A stretch of DNA of 48,782 nt. Source: a virus. Its lineage: Duplodnaviria > Heunggongvirae > Uroviricota > Caudoviricetes. A model generated the notes under the pieces. It was not told the origin of the DNA, did no database searches, and saw only the letters and a program-made list of their open reading frames with translations. Made by a program: the position numbers and the translations under genes. Positions 43,482-48,782 of the stretch are shown in pieces (the stretch's first letter is position 1; the number at the start of each line of letters is the position of its first letter). The stretch spans positions 64,001-112,782 of IMG/VR virus record IMGVR_UViG_3300025649_000002, one strand, 5' to 3'.

Positions 43482-45856
43482 CTTAGAATTTTTTCCTCAA
43501 CATGCCAACCTTTTTCATCATAAAATTTTCGTCGATACTTTGATCTATCTTTCATTTCTTCACACCCAGTATCAACAATATCTATGACAACAGGCATTCT
43601 TTTATTATCACATGTCCTAACAACTCTGCCCACTGCTTGATCTATATTACTAACTGGACTACAAAATACAATTGAATCAAGACGAGGAATATCCAATCCA
43701 TCCCTTGCCTTTAAATATGTGGAGAATATAATACGTTTCATCAACATATCAATTTGATCTGCATCACTCATCGAACCAACATATAAACTAGAATCCCGTT
43801 TCTGATGTTTCACTACTTTTCTTGCGGTTTCTAATACATTTATTCTCTCCGATAATATAAGAGCAAACCTTCCAGAAGTATCAATTTGACGTACAATTTC
43901 ATTTAACATATTCATGAATTTTTCAGACTTCCACATCCATTTCAGATATGTGCCTTTACTAAATCTGCCTCTATTCTTATTACCTTCTTTCAAATACAAT
44001 TGATTTATTCTAAACTTATACTTCTTCATTATTCCATGGTCGATATATATCATTATGACTTTTGGGGTCATTGTTTCTGCTTCACCTTCCGGTATGAATG
44101 TATCCCCTAAATGCATACTCATAATATCTGTATTTCCATCGGTTCGATCTGGTGTTGCAGACAAACCAAAATATCGATACGCTGGTGTGTATAATGAAGT
44201 CTTTGAAAATTGTTCAGCAGAGATACTTGTATGACAATTATGCATAACATAACCATCACATACAAATAATTCATCATTCGAATCAATACTTATATCATAT
44301 AAAATACGTTTTCCAATATTTTCAATTTTAATAACTTTATCCATTTCCATATTATCATGTCTATTCATTGTATTTCGAGTTGATAATATGGTATTTGATT
44401 TGAATGGTTTACCAAATAATAATATAAATCTTAATGTATTTTTCCCATCAATTATTAATCTATATAAATTATTTGCTGGTTTTTCACGAGATATACATGT
44501 AATAGAACATCTAATTCCATAATATGCTAACATATCTCTAATTTGCAAAATTGCATTTTTTGAAGTTAATTCCAGACCAATTTTATATGAATCATTCTGC
44601 AGATAACCATCAGAATCAAATAGTCCTTTTATTACCCCAGGACTATTTTTTCTATACAATTTTTCATTTATTGAAAATGTTCCACTCTTTTTACCAATTT
44701 GAAGTTCATATTTTTCAATCATATTCTTTGTATATTCTTTCGAAAATCCGATTGTCAAATCACCTCTTTTATTCTCTTCTATATTATGAATTCCTTCAAA
44801 TAACATTTTGAATTTATCCACCCATTCGTATTTTTTCTTTCTATATGAAAATGCCATTTTTTTATGGCATTCATATCCATCATTTGCAATATGTCCATCT
44901 CCATAATACAACCCAATTAAATATTCTTCATTATCTATTTGAACTGTATCATGATGAGATTTCATATAAAATAGAAAATTCTCACATTTTGAAGATTCTC
45001 TACATTCATAATAATATTTATTTTTTGAATAATATTTTGTCAATACAGGATGATCTGAACTCATTATAAAAGTTTTTCCAGATTTTAAAGTTATCTTCAC
45101 AGATTCCTTTTCAGTAATTCTTATTGCATTAACTCTAATATATTCATTTTTATTATTTCTAATATACTCCCCAATTTTTAGATTTTTTAATTTAATAGAT
45201 TCATTTTTTGTATAAACAGGATGTTCTCCATCTATACATTCATCCCAGATCGCCATTCCAAATTTTGCATCACGTATTTCTTTGATAAATTCAATTCCCT
45301 TTGTTTTAATCAATGAACAGAATGTCTGAACTGTTGCTACAATGATTTGTTTTTGTAAGTCCGCTTTCCAATTTGAACTTCTCAACCAACCAACACGATT
45401 TGCATCCATGTCCGAATGTTCAACAATTCTATCAATCCACTGAGTACCTAAACCATTTTTATGGACAAATATAATTGCCTTTTCTCCAACACGACAAATC
45501 GCTTCAATTGCAACAACAGTCTTTCCCTCTCCTGGTTGCATACATAAAAGACCATTTCGATTTTCGGACATCCAATTCATTGCCAACTCCTGTTTTAAAT
45601 TCCTAGGAGTAATATTAGATTTTACGTTTATCGAATGACCAGGAGTGGAAATATCCTGTATCTGATGTGGGACTGAATAGCAACGTGGGAGAAGTATATG
45701 AGATTTGACTTGACCATAATACCATTTAATCTCTTCTTCTTCTACATCCGCAAACGATTTGTGTTTTCTTGTAAGTTCTGAAATCGCATTCAACACCCAT
45801 GGTTCATTTTTTAATCGAATGGGAACCCAAATACACGAATCGCTTTTTAAAATCAT
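43478..45856 (-). CDS. Superfamily 2 (DExH, UvsW-like) helicase, intein-containing
   Basis: Walker A PGEGKT, ATVQT, DE|CH split by the intein, GLSATP, GLDIP, QAVGRVVR. Confidence 0.9.
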   Translation of the reverse strand: MILKSDSCIWVPIRLKNEPWVLNAISELTRKHKSFADVEEEEIKWYYGQVKSHILLPRCYSVPHQIQDISTPGHSINVKSNITPRNLKQELAMNWMSENRNGLLCMQPGEGKTVVAIEAICRVGEKAIIFVHKNGLGTQWIDRIVEHSDMDANRVGWLRSSNWKADLQKQIIVATVQTFCSLIKTKGIEFIKEIRDAKFGMAIWDECIDGEHPVYTKNESIKLKNLKIGEYIRNNKNEYIRVNAIRITEKESVKITLKSGKTFIMSSDHPVLTKYYSKNKYYYECRESSKCENFLFYMKSHHDTVQIDNEEYLIGLYYGDGHIANDGYECHKKMAFSYRKKKYEWVDKFKMLFEGIHNIEENKRGDLTIGFSKEYTKNMIEKYELQIGKKSGTFSINEKLYRKNSPGVIKGLFDSDGYLQNDSYKIGLELTSKNAILQIRDMLAYYGIRCSITCISREKPANNLYRLIIDGKNTLRFILLFGKPFKSNTILSTRNTMNRHDNMEMDKVIKIENIGKRILYDISIDSNDELFVCDGYVMHNCHTSISAEQFSKTSLYTPAYRYFGLSATPDRTDGNTDIMSMHLGDTFIPEGEAETMTPKVIMIYIDHGIMKKYKFRINQLYLKEGNKNRGRFSKGTYLKWMWKSEKFMNMLNEIVRQIDTSGRFALILSERINVLETARKVVKHQKRDSSLYVGSMSDADQIDMLMKRIIFSTYLKARDGLDIPRLDSIVFCSPVSNIDQAVGRVVRTCDNKRMPVVIDIVDTGCEEMKDRSKYRRKFYDEKGWHVEEKILS
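44237..45238 (-). mobile_element. Intein with LAGLIDADG homing endonuclease (334 aa)
   Basis: Starts CIDG, block B SSDHPV, LIGLYYGDG and IKGLFDSDG motifs, ends YDI...VMHN followed by extein Cys. Confidence 0.92.
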
Positions 45857-45858
45857 AA

Positions 45859-46746
45859 TTATTCCTTAAAATAATCTTTTATTTTTTTTTGAAATACTGA
45901 TAACATCCCTTCAGATGTAATCTGTGCCCAACTATCAGGAGCTTCCCATATTTTTATAGATGATATACCTTTTAATTTTGCATCAAACATTAATATTTCC
46001 CATAACATAATTAAAAGATTTTCAGCAGTAGGCAATTCAATATAGTCATTTAAACAACTATGATCTAATAAATCGACAATATATTTATTTACAATCTTTT
46101 TCAAATCTGAAAAATCCATTACCATTCCTGATGTATGATTAATTCTTTTCATTATACTTATTTCAAAGAACCATTCATGGCCATGAAGGTTTGCACATTT
46201 ACCATCATAATTAGGAAGAAAATGTGCAGCAGCAAATGAAAATTTTTTCGTTATTGTTACAAATGGAGTTCGAAGTTGGATTTTACCATGGCATTTATCG
46301 CATAACGGTTCAAGATTTGATATTAGAAAATTATCATGATTCCCATCTATATGATGAACTTGAACACTTTTATCAGAATCACATTCTACACAATTTTCAA
46401 TATCTTGAAAGTTTACTAATAAATTTCTACATTGGCGTCCTAAATCTGCCTCTAAATTTAATTCAGTATCAATTTTCAAACATCCATTTATTCTATCTTT
46501 ATATGTACCAGTTTTCCAAAGATCTTTAATACTTTCTGAAACTTTTTGTTTCACATCATCTCTTTTCATAGGATTTGAATCACCCATATTAATATTACCT
46601 TTATTTGTTTTAGAAAGTTTTTCTCTTACAATCGGATCAAAATTAGAACCAAATTGTTTTCTATAATCGGCCACCGTCATATTATGTTTTTTCAAATGAG
46701 TAGCAGTGATCATAAGAAATTCTTTATTACATATTTTACATTTCAT
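45859..46746 (-). CDS. queD: QueD (6-carboxytetrahydropterin synthase) with N-terminal zinc finger/NUMOD/HNH extension
   Basis: C-terminal FAAAH...CANLHGH, DFSDLK, LDH..LN, PTAEN, WE; N-terminal CKIC..H..H, NPMK motif, HHIDG..N..NL..LCDKCH. Confidence 0.88.
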   Translation of the reverse strand: MKCKICNKEFLMITATHLKKHNMTVADYRKQFGSNFDPIVREKLSKTNKGNINMGDSNPMKRDDVKQKVSESIKDLWKTGTYKDRINGCLKIDTELNLEADLGRQCRNLLVNFQDIENCVECDSDKSVQVHHIDGNHDNFLISNLEPLCDKCHGKIQLRTPFVTITKKFSFAAAHFLPNYDGKCANLHGHEWFFEISIMKRINHTSGMVMDFSDLKKIVNKYIVDLLDHSCLNDYIELPTAENLLIMLWEILMFDAKLKGISSIKIWEAPDSWAQITSEGMLSVFQKKIKDYFKE

Positions 46747-47196
46747 CTATTCATCCTTTCTGAAATCCTTTAATGTTAAAAGTCTTCCATCATATTGACA
46801 TTTATGATTGAGAAACCAATTCAAATCAAACAAAGTCTTTTCAGAAAATTCACTTCCCCCTGAATGAATTGAATAAGTATCCGTGATTTCATCGCCCATC
46901 TTTATTGCCCACCGTATAATCCATAAAGGATTCTTAGATGGATGAATTAATTTTATAATTTGATATGCAGTTTCTTCTTCCTCAATAACTTCAACTGTTT
47001 TTGAAAAATCAATCAAACGAACTATTGTCCATCCAAATCGTTGACGTCTTACCAATGGTGTTTCTTTATCACTACATAATTTACAATCTATGTCATTTTC
47101 ATCACTTAAAAAATTCACACATTCTTCATTGCAATCAATTTGACATTCAACATCAATACCTGTGGTTTCTTTAAATTCGTATAGTCGACAAATCAT
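46747..47196 (-). CDS. Hypothetical protein with Cys-rich N-terminus
   Basis: 149 aa; GAGG RBS. Confidence 0.55.
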   Translation of the reverse strand: MICRLYEFKETTGIDVECQIDCNEECVNFLSDENDIDCKLCSDKETPLVRRQRFGWTIVRLIDFSKTVEVIEEEETAYQIIKLIHPSKNPLWIIRWAIKMGDEITDTYSIHSGGSEFSEKTLFDLNWFLNHKCQYDGRLLTLKDFRKDE

Positions 47197-47203
47197 TATC
47201 GCC

Positions 47204-47545
47204 TCATAAAGTAATTATAGATGATTTTGTTTTTTGTGTCGTAGCGCCAGTTTTTCCTTCTCGCATACCTGCGGTGATTTCAGAAGTATTTGTAAGATAA
47301 TCGGTTTCAATCGATTCCACTGCTTTTGTTATCAATGCAATTGCAGACTTCTGAACGTCAAACTTAGATGATCCTGATACCATCACAAACAGAGGTGGTG
47401 TAAATACAAGTCCGCCTTTTTCAGGATGTGGAAACATTGATAAAGGTTTTTCAATAGTTATGAAATGATCTGTTTCCGCTACTACTCTTGCAATGATAAT
47501 TTCTCCGCCCAAATGTATAATTTTAATTTCCATCATTTTCTTCAT
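47204..47545 (-). CDS. Small beta-rich protein, possibly Sm-like fold
   Basis: IKII.L.GEIIIA.V......I.KP pattern; inference. Confidence 0.4.
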   Translation of the reverse strand: MKKMMEIKIIHLGGEIIIARVVAETDHFITIEKPLSMFPHPEKGGLVFTPPLFVMVSGSSKFDVQKSAIALITKAVESIETDYLTNTSEITAGMREGKTGATTQKTKSSIITL

Positions 47546-47771
47546 TCTCCTTATCGGTTAATAATTCATGTTCAATTGGAAATGTGCCCTGTACCTGACC
47601 ACAATTCATACAAATTTCTAAATCAACATCATCTCCTCCGCCAATCCCCATTTCATAAGGAACATAATCAGAAGAAATAATTTCTCGACCTTTATAATTC
47701 AAACAGAATAAATCACTACAATGTGCCTGTAGATCAATAATTCTATCACTTTTACATTTTATACATTCCAT
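47523..47771 (-). CDS. Small zinc-binding hypothetical protein
   Basis: CIKC...C.D.F...GGGD...CMNCG. Confidence 0.55.
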   Translation of the reverse strand: MECIKCKSDRIIDLQAHCSDLFCLNYKGREIISSDYVPYEMGIGGGDDVDLEICMNCGQVQGTFPIEHELLTDKENEENDGN

Positions 47772-47779
47772 GACAACTC

Positions 47780-48782
47780 CTATTTATATTTTTCTTTCCA
47801 TATATATTCGTCTATTTTATTTAACTTATCGACTTTATCCTTTCTCTTTACAGTCAATTCTGTAGTCTCTGTATTTGTTTTGAATATTCGTGAAATTGTG
47901 AATTTATCAAATATATTTTTCACAATTATCATATCAATGTTTAAAATATTATAAATATTCTTTATTACCAAATCAATATTATTCGGATTCAATTGTAATT
48001 GTTTTGATAGTTCTGGTTTGATATGTGAAAGATATTGAAGTTCAAGTACCTTATCATCTATATCTGCAATTTCTTTTGTTAGAACTCCTTCAACAACTTT
48101 TCTATGTAATTTGTATATATTCAATAACATTCCATCAACAGAAATCAATACAACTTTTCCTTTTGTATTGACCATGTTACATTCAAATGTTATAGTTCCA
48201 GTTAATTCTTTATCCAATTTTTCAGTAAGTTTTTGCATGTTAATCATTCTAGGTCTCAGAATTTTTAACCTGACTTTTGTTGATGTTTTAGACTCATCGA
48301 TATAACCAATAGATTTTTCAATTTCAACTTCTTTACTAAACTTTTTCAACAATGAAATGAATGTTTTGCCAGGAGGAATTGATGTTATGAGAATCGATTT
48401 ATTTACCGTATCGACCGTGTATCTCCCCTTGACTTCCATTTTTCCTTTACCCGTTGTCAAGATACTCTTATCAATAGAATTCAAGTCACAGTCGATTTTC
48501 GGGTTAATAACAGGTTCTGTCTTACGTCTCTTGAGTATCCATTCAAGACGTTTCTTCAAATCCTTTTTTTCATAACAAGGAATGATTGTTCGATAACCAA
48601 ATCCTATTCCTTGACAAAATGATTCTCCCAATAAACAGAATGGATATTTAGTTGGGAGGAATATTGGTTCCATGTCAATCTCTCTTGCTTCCATTGGAAC
48701 AATATTGATATTTTCAAATGCCATATCCAATATTTCTTTATTGGATTTACATTCTGTATATCTTTGTGCGGCCGCTGGAGAT
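47780..48782 (-). CDS. Type IIA topoisomerase A-type (gp52/GyrA-like) subunit, 5' end outside the window
   Basis: The frame is open to the window edge: SPAAAQRYTE contains the catalytic RY; EPIFLP..P..L...GIG.GY.T.IP. Confidence 0.88.
   Translation of the reverse strand, partial: SPAAAQRYTECKSNKEILDMAFENINIVPMEAREIDMEPIFLPTKYPFCLLGESFCQGIGFGYRTIIPCYEKKDLKKRLEWILKRRKTEPVINPKIDCDLNSIDKSILTTGKGKMEVKGRYTVDTVNKSILITSIPPGKTFISLLKKFSKEVEIEKSIGYIDESKTSTKVRLKILRPRMINMQKLTEKLDKELTGTITFECNMVNTKGKVVLISVDGMLLNIYKLHRKVVEGVLTKEIADIDDKVLELQYLSHIKPELSKQLQLNPNNIDLVIKNIYNILNIDMIIVKNIFDKFTISRIFKTNTETTELTVKRKDKVDKLNKIDEYIWKEKYK

Noticed and set aside
1-48782. Cellular chromosome origin (rpoB/rpoC, ligA, gyrA-like, sbcCD)
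   Set aside because: No ribosomal-protein context, reversed and shortened RNAP genes, many small orphan ORFs, and a phage-type gene set all point to a large phage.
1-48782. Stop-codon reassignment (as in some large phages)
   Set aside because: Long conserved genes are intact in the standard code, and TAA, TAG and TGA all end genes at sensible positions.
3463-48782. Plus-strand ORFs in the track (for example 8323..8985, 21551..22000, 21990..22427, 32868..33257, 33576..34040)
   Set aside because: They are antisense shadows of well-supported minus-strand genes, with no RBS or motifs; the repeats in 32864 and 32868 merely mirror the 15-bp VNTR.
1-48782. tRNA, rRNA or self-splicing intron
   Set aside because: Intergenic gaps are too short and I saw no cloverleaf or intron core by eye. 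A tRNAscan or Infernal run would be needed to exclude them formally.

Overview
AT-rich, gene-dense fragment that looks like a large (jumbo-type) tailed phage genome, read in the standard genetic code. Bases 1-3444 form a short plus-strand island; everything from 3463 to the right edge is on the minus strand, and the two meet at a convergent terminator. Recognisable genes: unsplit multisubunit RNA polymerase beta' and beta (beta' upstream), NAD-dependent DNA ligase, dUTPase, SbcC/SbcD (gp46/gp47-like), an SF2 helicase with a LAGLIDADG intein, a type II topoisomerase A-type subunit (partial), and three dispersed 7-deazaguanine pathway genes (FolE, Gat-QueC, and QueD fused to an HNH domain). Also present are a radical SAM enzyme, an SLT transglycosylase, PLD-, HAD- and methyltransferase-family proteins, and a probable baseplate-hub protein. 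The best candidates for unexplained systems are: (1) six otherwise divergent proteins sharing an N-terminal MKxRxxF[VI]SNSSSxSF motif; (2) a shared C-terminal 'ExI[LI][WF]KL' tail or junction cassette on unrelated small ORFs; (3) a ThiF/E1-like plus putative E2-like pair just upstream of the RNAP genes; (4) a type IV prepilin mimic with a tandem paralog. All family assignments come from motif reading only; no database searches were run.
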